A stretch of 64,000 bases of DNA from Eledone cirrhosa. Taxonomy: Eukaryota. Below the pieces are notes generated by a model, which saw only the letters and a program-made list of their open reading frames with translations, made no database searches and was not told where the DNA came from. The DNA is taken from contig OZ024753.1 of assembly GCA_964016885.1 (NCBI GenBank), positions 16,306,001-16,370,000 on the forward strand, given 5' to 3'. A program made the translations under genes and the position numbers. Below are positions 51,130-64,000 of the stretch, piece by piece (position 1 is the stretch's first letter; each line of letters opens with the position of its first letter).

Positions 51130-51621
51130 TTAGGTTGAGGAAAAAGTTTGTGCGCCGTGTTAAAATAATGGTCGCGCCATCAACGCTGAACTTTACTGCG
51201 AGCAACTTGATCGAGTCTATGATGCACTGGTTGAAAAGTACCCAAGTCTTGTTCGTCGAAAATGTACTTTGTTTCAACAAGACAATGGAAAGCTGCATAC
51301 CGCCAGAAAGACCAGTAACAAGATTGAAGAATTGGACGGTGTGGAAGTTCTGCCATATCCAGCCCATAGTCTAGACATTGCTCCATCTCACTATGGTCTC
51401 TTCCGATCAATGCAGCACTTTATTAAAGGTCGCCTGTTTGAGAATTTTGTGATTCAAAGCCGAAGGATTGGAACCTTGACCAAATCCGAAAGCTTGCAGG
51501 TCGTTGGCAGAAGGTCGTGGCCAATGATGGTCTTTATTTTGAAGAATAGTCGTTTTTGAATAAATTCTTGCATAAAAAATTATTATTTTAACACGCCGCT
51601 CAAACTTTTTCCTCAACCTAG
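51130..51621 (+). mobile_element. Internally deleted mariner element
   Basis: TA-TTAGGTTGAGGAAAAAGTTTG...CAAACTTTTTCCTCAACCTAG-TA TIRs. FQQDNGKLH...PAHSLDIAPSHYGLF resembles HDNARPH...YSPDLAPSDYHLF. Confidence 0.9.
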
Positions 51622-52322
51622 TATATAACACACAATGTATATAACCAGTGTATATAACACACAATGTATATAACCAGTGTATATAACACACAATGTATAT
51701 AACACACAATGTATATAACACACAATGTATATAACACAGAGTGTATATAACACACAATGTATATAACACACACTGTATATAACACACACTGTATATAACA
51801 CACACTGTATATAACACACACTGTATATAACACACACTGTATATAACACACACTGTATATAACACACACTGTATATAACACACACTGTATATAACACACA
51901 ATGTATATAACACACAATGTATATAACACACACTGTATATAACACACACTGTATATAACACACACTGTATATAACACACACTGTATATAACACACACTGT
52001 ATATAACACACACTGTATATAACACACACTGTATATAACACACACTGTATATAACACACACTGTATATAACACACACTGTATATAACACACACTGTATAT
52101 AACACACACTGTATATAACACACACTGTATATAACACACAATGTATATAACACACAATGTATATAACACACAATGTATATAACTGTATATAACACAGAGT
52201 GTATATAACACACAATGTATATAACACAAAATGTATATAACACACAATGTATATAACACACAATGTATATAACACACAATGTATATAACACACAATGTAT
52301 ATAACACAGAGTGTATATAACC
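51621..52322. repeat. 16-bp minisatellite (GTATATAACACACACT/AT), ~44 copies
   Basis: Direct reading. Confidence 0.95.
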
Positions 52323-52498
52323 ATGATATTGTTATATTCTTACAATGTAGCTACAATGTTTTAGCCAGATGTGAAACTTAACAGACACACTGATTACCAG
52401 ATGAAGTTAAAGGGTATTCTGGATGATAATGATTGAGCTAATAAAATAGTCTTATAGTGTTTTGCTGTTTGCAGTGAATTAATTGCTGGGGCACCACC

Positions 52499-53074
52499 TT
52501 AACCCTTTAGCATTTAAACCAGTCATATCAGGCTAGAATTATCTCACCTCTTTCTGTTCAATCTGGCTATGACCAGCTAGTTAAGGTATTGTTCTCAAAA
52601 TAAATACTATCAAAATCTCATAGATTTGATATTATGTGAGATATTATGTGAGGTAAAGCTTTTACCATGAAATACAATAGTATATATAGAGTAATGTAAA
52701 TGTTATGCGGCATATTATATGAGGTAAAGCCTTTACTGTAAAAATATAATAGTATATATAGAGTAATGTAAATGCTATGTGAGATAATATGTGATGTAAA
52801 GCCTTTACAGTGAAAATACAATAGTATATATAGAGTAATGTAAATGTTATGTGAGATAATATGTGAGGTAAAGCCTTTACTGTGAAAATACAATAGTATA
52901 TATAGAGTAATGTGAATGTTATGTGAGATATTATGTGAGGTAAAGCCTTTACTGTGAAAATACAATAGTATATATAGAGTAATGTAAATGTTATGTGAGA
53001 TATTATGTGAGGTAAAGCCTTTACTGTGAAAATATAATAGTATATATAGAGTAATGTCAATGTTAAAGGTTTAA
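52499..53074 (+). mobile_element. piggyBac-like MITE with an internal 72-bp segment amplified six times
   Basis: TTAACCCTTTAGCATTT start. Unit positions 52651/52722/52794/52866/52938/53010. Confidence 0.8.
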
Positions 53075-53441
53075 ATGCCTTAAGGTTTAACGCCAGTAAT
53101 TTTGTGTTTTTCCAAGTCTGGCAGTCACTTCAGTAATCACCTTTTGTTGAGCCATTCAGTTATGGTATGTAAACAGTAAATATAAGTACATCCTCGCCCC
53201 TGCTATTATTTGCAGTTAAATAAACTGTGATGAAATTACCATATATATATATATATATACCATATATACCATGAAATTACCATATATATATACTTGAATA
53301 TAATCCCAGGAATATATGACTGGAAAAAAAAAAATAGTTGGAGCAGCTTTTATTTGGATCAATATTTTGACAATTTTCACCAACTTCAAATTCTACGTAA
53401 ATAAGATTTGGATTTTTGCCCATTTCTCAGACATAAAATAA

Positions 53442-53628
53442 TGATTTCTACTATAGGCACAAGGCCAGCAATAATCCCAGTATATTACTGGTACTTTATT
53501 TTATCGACCCCGTAAGGATGAAAGGTAAAGTTAACCTCGGCGGAATTTGAACTCAGACCATAAAGGGCCGTAACTCTATGCCGCAAAGCATGGCGTCAGA
53601 ACCTCTACCGATACTGCCAATCCACTGC
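53442..53628 (-). mobile_element. Meta-type tRNA SINE
   Basis: Family motifs, reverse complement. Confidence 0.85.
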
Positions 53629-53708
53629 CCAATGAGGTCAGCTTCTATTCCAGTAGATATAGTAATTTGTTTTAACATGTTGACAAAATATCTGTTCTCT
53701 CTTTTCAG

Positions 53709-54149
53709 GATTTCTCCATGTTACAGCCCTTGTTTGTCCCGGAAATGTCATTAACTCACTTATTCCAGATCCTAACAACTGCAGAAGATATTACCATTGT
53801 CTTTCTGGTGGAAGATATTTTTTAAAATCCTGTTCATTTGGACTCCGGTTTGATCCACAGCATAAAATCTGTAACTGGCCTGCTTTGGTTCCTTGCCAAA
53901 ATCCTGAAGACGGCAGTGAATATCAACAATTTGAAGACAACAGAAATATTTTGGATCCATTCGATATAAAACCTTATAAATCCAATGACGTTCCACATGA
54001 AAAGGAAGAATTATTACCATTTGACAGTAATGATCATCACAAGAGGAAAGGAGGTGATTCCAAAGATGGACATACATTGGAAGCTGAATTTTCCGGAGAT
54101 GTTGACACAGATACATTTTCTTCATTCAAACAAAACCAGCACGACAAAG
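53709..54149 (+). CDS. Exon 2: end of signal peptide, peritrophin-A (ChtBD2/CBM14) domain 1, acidic linker
   Basis: Polypyrimidine acceptor TTTTCAG|GA. CPGNVINSLIPDPNNCRRYYHCLSGGRYFLKSCSFGLRFDPQHKICNWPALVPC has the six-Cys pattern. Phase-1 donor AAG|GTTACT is weaker than consensus. Confidence 0.85.
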
Positions 54150-54479
54150 GTTACTATCAATATTTTCTTGGTTCCATTGATGTTAGGCAGGGACTTGGTA
54201 AAGTCAATAGGTTGTCAGATTCAATACCTTGCTTAGTATTTGTTCTGGATTACCAATGCTAACTTTTCCTTTTTGTTTGTTTGTTCAAAGTTCGAGTCCA
54301 GAGGAGGTGGGGTGTTGAATTCTGTTTAAGATACCACCAAAAATAAGGATATTTTTGTGGGATCTGATCCAACTCTGAGCACTTTAAGTTAAACTCGCAC
54401 CTCCTTCTTCCAGGAGTTGTAACTGACAGCAATGAGAAGACTAGAAGTGGCTGTTCTCCGTAGGCATGACTTTTGAAGT

Positions 54480-55080
54480 GTTCCAAAGAAGAGAGCTTGG
54501 CTAATGGTCTTTAGTCAGCATTGTAAACTCTTCAAGATAGTACCTGGTGCTCCTACAACAATGGGGATGACCTTGATGTCATGACAGTCCCAAATTCTTT
54601 TCAGTTCCTACTTTAGATCCTGGTATCAGTTAATTTTCTCCTCCTCCTTTTTTTTGCACTCTTGTGTTAAAGTGGCCATCTATTTTCCTTGTCAAAAACC
54701 GCCAAGTCAGGCCTACTGAGTTATAATTTCTTGTCTCTTTGTATCCTGAAATCCTGCAGTACCTTCACCCAATTGTTTTCTATCACTGACTCTGGCTTAT
54801 GCTCATACCATTTCCCAGAATGAGGTAAATTATTCAGTTTGCATAAATGCTAGTGGATCACTTTTCCTATGATATCATACATCCATCCTTTATAGTGAGT
54901 CTGGGCTAGGTGTTTATACTTGGATACGATGCGAGCCACAGCTTCTTCTCCTCTCTCTCTCTTTCTCCACAGATCCTGTGGGCTAGCCTCCTCCTCCTCA
55001 ATATGATGTTTCATCATTTTGTCCTAAGGGCTTGCTCCTATGCAGCCAGTGGCATTCCCTCTGTAGCTTTCTTAAGAAAT
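54480..55080 (-). mobile_element. R4/Dong-like non-LTR remnant in intron 2
   Basis: KVIH*HLCK...KWYEHKPESVIEN...DFRIQRD...RPDLAV...YQDLK*ELKRIW...VIPIVVGAPG. The 5' end abuts (TTA)n. Confidence 0.8.
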
Positions 55081-55131
55081 AATTATTATTACTGTTGTTG
55101 TTATTATTAATATTATTATGTTTTATTATAG

Positions 55132-58100
55132 GAATGGTGCAGAAGTCTACGGTGAAATGTGTATCTGCCTTTGGTTTTATGAGCGATCCATCTTATTGTG
55201 ATATTTTCTATCATTGTTACATGTGGGTTCCTTTTCGAAAGATTTGTCCCAAAGGACTGTTCTTTGATCATTTTACATTAGTCTGTAACTGGCCTCGGAT
55301 GGTTAATTGTGTCCAAGGAAAACGAGGAACGACATTTGACCAAATCCAAGTTAAAAGAAAGGCAAAATATGGAAAGAAACAGTTGAGATTTCAAAATTCA
55401 CCAATAAAAAATATCAAAAACACATTTTTAAATAATGAGAATATTCTTGATGATGAACCAGATATTAAATTATCAGAATCAAATTCTTTAAAAAGAAAGG
55501 AATATTCTGAAATGGCAATGAAGACAAAAGACAGGAATAACCCTTACACTCAACTTAAGGGTTCCAGAATTTCAAGTAAGGTTATACTTCCAATCACTCT
55601 AACTAAGAAACAAGAAAACACTAAAACATTTACTCAAATTAATTGGAAAGAAAAGAAATCCTCGAAGGAAATTACTGACCAAAATTCTGAGTTGAGGAAA
55701 CTGGCCAATGTAGAAAACCAAGATGAAGAATCAGAGGAAGGTTTAGAGAAAGAAGAAAGTAAAAGTAGACATGTTACTTCAACTAAGGTATATGGTGTGG
55801 AGGATGTTGTCTTCTTAAATATGAAAGATATGAAAATTGATGAAGAAATCGTTAGAAAGTCATCAGAGAATGAAGAATCCACAGAACCAACGTATAAAAG
55901 TCTTCTAAATAAACAGCACCAATCTATAGATAACTCCTCAGACACTGGAACAATTGATATGCCAGTAAAAATAACCAAAGAAATGTCGAAAAATGAAGAT
56001 AAAATCAAACAATTAAATAATGGTGAAAACAAAGGTTTGTTTGAAGAAAGTAGAAAAGGTTCTAAGTATGTTTCGGTTGTACCTGAGAACACAAGACATT
56101 CCCATATATACTTAAATACAGAGACAACTACAGATGATAATGTGGAAGATGGTCAGGGAAATATGTTATTATCAGGTATCTTAGATGGTCAGAAAGACAA
56201 ACTTTTACAAAACTCAAGGCCATTGATTTTGTTTGATAAAATCGATAAAACCTATGCACCAAACCAGAAAGAATTATTATCATCTCTGATTGCTAAGGAT
56301 ATTGTTAACTGGGAGCAGAGGATGAAAAATGATGTGTTGAAATCAAATAATGGAAAGAGTTCTGAGTCTTTGACAGGATTTGAAACCCAAACAAATCAAA
56401 CAAATGTTGTATCAGAGGAGGGCAACAAAACTAATGTCCCATTTAACAATGAACCACTTGTATCAAATCAAGCATTTTTACCGGAATGTAACCACACTGA
56501 TTCCAACTGTGTAATATACCTGGAAACAAACACTTTACAGACTAATGCTAATATTTCGGAAAATACATATTTGACTAATATGAATAATTCAGCAGACAAT
56601 GGTGTAAAATCTCATTCTACAGATAGAAATACAGAAAGTACAACACACCTAGGTGGTATTCTCCAAGATCATAGCAATAACATAAAAAATTCTTTGGAAG
56701 AATCTAAAGAGATTATGCCAGGGTCTTCATCTGGAATAGAATTAAATCATGATATAAGTAACTATTTTGATAAATCTTTAAACGCTTCTCAGAAAAACAA
56801 TGAAACTATTACTGAGGAAATATTTTCGCAATATTATACACATTACAAAAAGGATAATTTAACAACAACCAGTCCTCTTCTCAGTAATAATGACTCTACA
56901 GATATGTTAAAGAAAAGTCCTACTCATTATACCAATGGAAATATTTTAGAGCCAGATATAGTGAAAAGTTACTCCAAATCTAACAGCTTAGTCGAGTCCT
57001 TACTAAATCAATATCTGAATCGACAAAGCAAATATGAACATAAACTTAACCCCTATCAAAATAAATCCCCTTCTACAACAACCAAAATAGAATTTAGTAA
57101 AATGGAAGATAACAATAAAAATAGTTTGACAAATGAGTTACCAAAACTTCTTTTAGAGAGACAAAATAAAAGGAAAACGGAACAGCTCTTATCAGGGGTT
57201 ATAAAACTGAAATATCCTAATGCTGATCTAGGGGCCACACAAAAACCTGACAATTACTATCTTCATAACAGGCCCACTGAAAAACATCTAGTAGATTCAA
57301 ACTCAGTAAAAGTTTTGCCAACAAATTCAAATCCCGTCCATTCAAGAGATGTACTGAAACAATTTGTATCCTTATATCAAAACTATGACCAACTTCCAAC
57401 CCAAACATCAGGGATATTTCCAGAAAATAAATCAGAGGAAAATGATGATAATAATATCAATAATTTATTGCAATTCAAAGATTATTCTGTGCCTTACCAT
57501 AATAGGAACTTAACAAAAGATATTAATTCTAGTGGTATTCAACATGAAAATTACTCCATTAAAACTATAAGCAATGTTGAATCACAAGACATTACAAGTG
57601 ATTATAAAGACGAGGATATATCAGAAAGAAATGACATCAGTCAATCTAAATATAACAATGATACAACAGATGATGTCTCTGAAAATAGTTCACCAGAAGT
57701 TGGAAGATATATTGACCTCCGGATAGAAGGTTTAAACGATACAAGTAAAACACAGGATGAAATTACAAAACAAGAGAAACGTTTAGCTGGAAGAGAGGAA
57801 AGGCCAGAGCTATTTACTGGAGTTACAGATAATAACATGTCACAAAACAAGTCAGATGAAAGAAATGGTACTTTCAAAGAAGATTTAAATGTAGAGGAGG
57901 GGGACAATGAAGATTTCGAGAATTATTCAAAAGAAGAAAACTTAGAAACAACGAATTTATCTGAATACACAGTTACACCAACTGTTGAATCACAACGAAC
58001 AATGATTGATTACTTCTTTGGTCGGAATAATTTAACAATGGAAGTCTTAGATAACAGCAATTTTACACAGATGGACAATCTAAGTTGGACTATAAACTCC

Positions 58101-60485
58101 TCTTCTGACCAAACCAATGAATTCAATAAGACTTCTACGACTTCAGTTCCAACAGTAATATCATCAGACAATATAAACACAACAAATGACACTATAAATA
58201 AAATTACAAAGATAAATACCAACAAAACTGAACCATATAACCAGAGTTCTGTAATAAAAAGTGACAAAACTATTTCCCTCGGTGAAGTAAATGCTAATAT
58301 TGACTATGAAGCTACACTGAAAAGTAAATTAAAATTATTACTTCAACTAACAGAATCAAATGAAAGTGTAAACCCAGTTAATGAGACTGGACCTTTTTCG
58401 AAACAAGATTCTGAAAACAATATTACTTCTATGTCTAAAAATGGTACTTATTATCCTGAAGACACAGACATTGGTATTAAGACCTTAAAGAATAATTCTG
58501 TGATTTCTAGAAACATAATAAAGAATTACAATTCCACTGCAGTTGACATTGTTGATATAACCTCTAGTCCAACAAACAACCAGTTGGAACTGGATAAAAC
58601 AGGATTCAATGAAAGTGAATCTACTTCAAACATATCCAATAAAAGTGATTCGGTGTTGCTAAAACAGTTGAACATGTCACAGTCAATAAATGTTTATTTA
58701 CCACATATTGTATTGGATCAATCTAACAATGGAACCATGAATTCCCCCAGCTTTCAAAGTAATGTCAACGTTTCTCATAATGCAACTGACAATAATATTT
58801 ATGCAGAACTTAATTCTTTCAGTGAGAACAACACTGATCAAAATGCTTCGATGATAAATCCAGAATACTCTGACAATAAAAATAGAGAAATTTTATTTCA
58901 TTCTAAAGAAATAATTTTACCATATGATCAACAGAGAAATAGATCAGAGAATGTTGTTAATGAGACATCTTCGCTTGAATTGTTAGCTCCACCAGTGTTA
59001 AAGCTGAAAGAGAGAACCAGTAAGCATGACATTGGAAAACAATCAACTGAGAGCTTTAATTTCATGTCCAATGATAGTAACGATAGTAAACCATTGACCA
59101 ATCACAACATGACACATCACATTATATCAGATACAACAGAGAGATATCTCAGTTTCGATTTCAAAGACAACAAAACTCTAGATAAATTCCAAAACATTTC
59201 AGAATCTTTGAATGAAATCAAAACTAATGATATAACAGATTTGAACTCGCAGCTGACTTCAAATGATGATAGATATTTCAATAACAATTTTACTGAAAAT
59301 ATCAGTAAAAATGCGACATCTTTTATTTCTTCTTCTAATCTATTTTCTTCATTTTTATCAATAAACGATACATTTCTGCAGTCACAGACAAATGAATCTG
59401 CTTTAGAGTTAATGGTTTATCAAAACCACACGCAAAATAATTCAGAAGTTTCCAATATGACTAGAGAAAATATAATTGATTCATCAACAGATTTAGATTC
59501 CCAAGCAGCTGATAATCACATGAAACTAAATCAAGAGAAAGCAACAGAAATGGATACACATATTGTAGAAAATAAATCTGTGAATGAGGTCAACATTTCT
59601 AGAGTTGTACAAGAAACTATTAACAATTCAAAGCCATTAGAAAACAGCACAGATTTTTACAGTCAACATAATTCCAGTTTTGAAGAAAACATGAAAAACA
59701 ATTATTTGAATCTTGAAGAAAATCAAATGAATAAAACATTTTTGAAGCTAAACAGAACTTTTCTAGGTACTAATAATTCCATTGATGAGTTCTTAGATAA
59801 TGGAGGTGAGTCTTTAAACCTAATAAATGTCACAGAAAAAAAGTTAAGTTCATTTAACGATGACGGAAACAGTTTAGCTTTTAAAATCACATTTCCAAAA
59901 AACAAAGACAATTTAATGTCACCAAATGGAGAGACTGAAATATCCAAAGGTTCTCAGTTAAACATGGAAAATCATGAAGTAGGTCAAAATAATTCTCAAC
60001 TTTATAGAAATTCCAATTTTAATGAAAGCATATCGGCAAATCTCAGTAAAGATTCAGATGTAAAGGGCAAAGAAATAATTTATGAGAGAAGAAGAGATGG
60101 GAAAATGTTGGTGAGTGGTGTAGACACTAGCAGAAATAACACAGACTTAACTGGTGAGAACATTCCAAACAGCTCTGTGATTGTAGAGGAAACAATTCCC
60201 CAAGGAAATTCCCTCACCAATTTAACAATTACCACAATGATTTATGTAGATGAGCTGACAAATAATGAAACATTAGAAGCAACATTAAACAGCAAATACC
60301 TGACAAACAGAACCAAATCTTTGGGGAATTATCAACCAATTGATCTAAACGATATTTCTAATTCAAACATATCATCTGGTAGTAATAACAGTACTAGTAG
60401 TACTAGTAGTAATAGTATTAGTAATAGCACTAGTATTAGTAGTAGAGAACAATTGCAGACAGAAGTTTTGGCAATTACAACCTAA
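55132..60485 (+). CDS. Exon 3: peritrophin-A domain 2 plus ~1700-aa N/S/T/E/D/K-rich, sequon-rich tail
   Basis: Phase-1 acceptor TTTTATTATAG|GA. CVSAFGFMSDPSYCDIFYHCYMWVPFRKICPKGLFFDHFTLVCNWPRMVNC. A 5.3-kb non-repetitive open frame in AT-rich DNA. Confidence 0.92.
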
Positions 60486-60682
60486 AATCTTTCAGCTTAT
60501 CATGGAATTGGCTGAGTTGATGAACAGAAATTGTAGATTGTATTTTTTTTAATATCTATATTTAATCATTCAAAAGAATATATTTCCAACGGAATATGGA
60601 AGTCAAATTCAAACGGATTTTTTTTTTAAATCTGTATTGAACCTTGTGACATCGTCTTCGATCTGAGTAATCAATCACCAAT

Positions 60683-60688
60683 AATAAA
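60683..60688 (+). terminator. Candidate polyadenylation signal AATAAA
   Basis: About 200 bp after the stop codon. Confidence 0.45.
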
Positions 60689-62004
60689 TGTTGCTAATAA
60701 CATATGAACAATATATTGAAAGTCTTCAAAACAAAGAGATAAAAATATACAAAATATACGCACATACAAATATGTTTATGCATACAGAAACACACACATT
60801 ATGTAATTCTATACTATATATATAATATATATTATGTAATTCTATACTATATATATAATATATATAAATTATACATACATATATATGTATGTGTGTGTAT
60901 ATATACAGAGAGAGAGGGGGAGCAAGAGAACAACGAGAGAGAAAGAGAAGTAAAAACAATGTCTTCAGTAGTGTACAAAATAACGTTAATAAAGTATATT
61001 TGTTAGAAATAATATAAGACTGTTTACCACTTAGATAAGGAAATATGATAATAAAACATTCTTTATCACTTGAATCTAGCACTTTCATGAGATTTATCAA
61101 GATATAAAGTTAGGAACTGTTAGAATGGTTGTCTAAATTATAAACAAAGTTATATCATTATATTTCCATCATATCCAAGTGATAAACAGTGTTTTATTAC
61201 TCCTCCTGATAATTATACTTTATACATACATGCATACATACATAGATACATATATATATATATGTGTATATATCTGTGTTCATCTCTTTGTGGTACATAT
61301 ATATATCCAAGAGTTGGAGGAAAAGTTCAATGGTTCACTATGTGGGAGTGATGCTAGAGCTGTGAAATTATGCAAACATTAATTTCAACTCTTTATTCAT
61401 AACTGCATTGTTTCTTTCCTCATTGGGCCATTGCATGAGAGTATCTTGGTCAACCTATGAACTTTTCATCTATATACATACATATATATATATATATATA
61501 TAGGTATGTTTGTATAAGTATACATATGTGTGTGATATTGTGATGAATGATGAACATGAAATCATATCAAACTATATATAACATTTATGTATCCAATTAT
61601 TTAAAACTTCTTATTTTTTATGTTTTTTTCTAAAATAATACAATGATCAAAAAAATAAAAATATAAAAAACATTTTACATGTGTTTTCTCATTAACTCTT
61701 TTGTTTCCAAATTTCTCGTAAAAGACTTTACCTTTGTTTTACAAATGATTTTAAATATAATTAAGAATTTGGAAGGATTTTCTAAGATAATGGACAAGAT
61801 AAAGGTTCTTGTATGAAATTATGAAGGCAGGTATTTTATTTTATGTTGGTAAGAAACCCCCCAGGAAAGCTGGACAGCAGAAGGTCTTCAGAGAAGGAAC
61901 TAGCTATTGAAATGGCCGGAACACAACTGTCAGGGTCCTGACTCATTCAGAGAGAGGGGGAGGCAGAGAGAGGGGGGGGGCAGAGAGATGGGGAGAGGGA
62001 GGAA

Positions 62005-62526
62005 GAAAAATCTTTAACAATGATAAATAATAAACTATATAAAAATAAAACAATTGAAATCCCCATTAAGGGAGGGGGGAGGGGGGCGTATCGTTACTGC
62101 GGGGTTGTTATACACCCCATAGATAGAACAACCCTCAACACCAGGAACACGTTTTGTAGGTATTCCCGTCTTCCCACTGTGTCTTCCTGAACCTACAGGT
62201 TTATATAGAGAGAAGGCCTATTCACCTGGGCCATTTTCGCCACATTCACCCACCTTTCAGCAAATTTACTGGGCTGTAGAACCTCTCTCTCCACTCTCAC
62301 CTTCCTTCTGAAGTGGTACTTAAAGAAGGGGATAAGTTGTTGTCCGGAGAGAAAGGTGCTTGCCCTCAGTCCTTTTAACCTCGTCCACCATATTACCTCT
62401 TTCGCCATAGCGACAGGGTCATCCTCACGATGGACTCGGCTGACAACTGGATATGCCCTACATGTGACAGTAGCTGTTCAACATAATTCCACAGGTTGGT
62501 CCCCCCTGGGCACTGAACAATTGCAT
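62005..62526 (-). mobile_element. Tx1-clade LINE 3' fragment (copy 4)
   Basis: MAKEVIWWTRLKGLR...FFKYHFRRKVRVERE. The 5' junction abuts (GATA)n at 62527. Confidence 0.85.
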
Positions 62527-62639
62527 GATAGATAGATAGATAGATAGATAAGTATGTAGATGTATAGATAGATACACCCTCTACACAGACACGGAGTTGA
62601 ATTAGAAAGTGGGGGCAACCTCCATAAATGACTTATGTA

Positions 62640-62900
62640 CTGCTTTTGATATGAAGTTTACTATCACTATGGTTCCATTTATTATTGAAACATAACAACA
62701 AAGATCCAAATAGTGGAGATGAGATGCTATAGAGGAATCCTGGGAATCTCCCACACAGGACACCTTAAGAATGAGAAGCTCTGCAAAATAATCACCCAGA
62801 ATGTGAGTCACTCTGAAGATCTACTGACCATGGTGAAGAGGAGAAAGTTGAGGTGGTTTGGGGATATGACAAGATCGGACAAGCTCTCTTAGATGATTCT
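62640..62900 (+). mobile_element. RTE LINE C-terminal fragment
   Basis: RCYRGILGISH...EDLLTMVKRRKLRWFG..TRS...MILQRTVKG. Confidence 0.75.
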
Positions 62901-64000
62901 CCAGAGAACAGTGAAGGGTTGCAGGGGAAGAGAGGGCAATTCTCCAGGGAACAGGAAAGGGTTGCAGGGGAAGAGAGGGCAATTCTCCAGGGAACAGGAA
63001 AGGGTTGCAGGGGAAGAGAGGGCAATTCTCCAGGTAACAGGAAAGGGTTTCAGTGGAAGAGAGGGCAATTCTCTAGGGAACAGGAAAGGGTTGCAGGGGA
63101 AGAGAGGGCAATTCTCCAGGGAACAGGAAAGGGTTGCAGGGGAAGAAAGGGCAATTCTCTAGGGAACAGGAAAGGGTTGCAGTGGAAGAGAGGGAAATTA
63201 TCTAGGGAACAGGAAAGGGTTGCAGTGGAAGAGAGGGCAATTCTCTAGGGAACAGGAAAGGGTTGCAGTGGAAGAGAGGGCAATTCTATAGGGAACAGGA
63301 AAGGGTTGCAGTGGAAGAGAGGGCAATTCTCTAGGGAACAGGAAAGGGTTGCAGGGGAAGAGAGGGCAATTCTCTAGGGAACAGTGAAGGGTTGCAGGGG
63401 AAGAGAGGGCAATTCTCTAGGGAACAGTGAAGGGTTGCAGGGGGAAGAGAGGGCAATTCTCTAGGGAACAGGAAAGGGTTGCAGGGGAAGAGAGGGCAAT
63501 TCTCTAGGGAACAGTGAAGGGTTGCAGGGGAAGAGAGGGCAATTCTCTAGGGAACAGGAAAGGGTTGCAGTGGAAGAGAGGGAAATTCTCTAGGGAACAG
63601 TGAAGGGTTGCAGGGGAAGAGAGGGCAATTCTCTAGGGAACAGTGAAGGGTTGCAGGGGAAGAGAGGGCAATTCTCTAAGGAACAGTGAAGGGTTGCAGG
63701 GGAAGAGAGGGCAATTCTCTAGGGAACAGGAAAGGGTTGCAGGGGAAGAGAGGGCAATTCTCTAGGGAACAGGAAAGGGTTGCAGTGGAAGAGAGGGAAA
63801 TTCTCTAGGGAACAGGAAAGGGTTGCAGTGGAAGAGAGGGAAATTCTCTAGGGAACAGGAAAGGGTTGCAGTGGAAGAGAGGGCAATTCTCTAGGGAACA
63901 GGAAAGGGTTGCAGTGGAAGAGAGGGCAATTCTCTAGGGAACAGGAAAGGGTTGCAGTGGAAGAGAGGGCAATTCTCCAAGGAACAGTAAAGGGTTGCAG
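62893..64000. repeat. 43-bp minisatellite (GGGAACAGGAAAGGGTTGCAGGGGAAGAGAGGGCAATTCTCTA), ~26 copies, runs off the window
   Basis: Period 43 (62941/62984). Confidence 0.95.

Noticed and set aside
53119-53166. Possible mini-exon ending ATG|GTATGT
   Set aside because: Phase 0 does not fit the phase-1 acceptor at 53709, and the phase-1 reading has a stop.
55095-55131. Apparent signal peptide MLLLLILLCFII at the start of the 1796-aa ORF
   Set aside because: It starts at TTG within a (TTG/TTA) intronic tract upstream of a good acceptor. The real N-terminus is better explained by exons 1 and 2.

Overview
Eukaryotic, AT-rich, repeat-dense animal DNA. The mix of CORE- and Meta-type tRNA SINEs, RTE, Tx1, R4/Dong and Penelope-like retroelements and long (TA)/(GT)/(GGT) tracts suggests an octopod cephalopod; this is an inference. 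One host gene is supported: a three-exon, + strand gene (TATA 41394; exons 41495-41534, 53709-54149, 55132-60485; about 1944 aa). It encodes a putatively secreted protein with two peritrophin-A (ChtBD2/CBM14) chitin-binding domains and a ~1700-aa N/S/T/E/D-rich tail from one 5.35-kb exon. The rest is degenerate transposons and tandem repeats, and most long ORFs in the track are repeat artefacts. Main hunt results: (i) several intact type I hammerhead ribozymes in (TA)n-flanked Penelope-like remnants, some inside long fold-back palindromes; (ii) two unrelated sequence families carrying hammerhead core motifs in a NON-circularly permuted order (NUH, then GAAA, then CUGAnGA) with matching stems; (iii) a Tx1-clade LINE found four times, always at (GATA)n and in the same orientation; (iv) a twin-priming-type 5' inversion in an RTE-like LINE; (v) several minisatellites visibly born from SINE, MITE and LINE segments. 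Everything was read by eye; no searches or folding programs were run.
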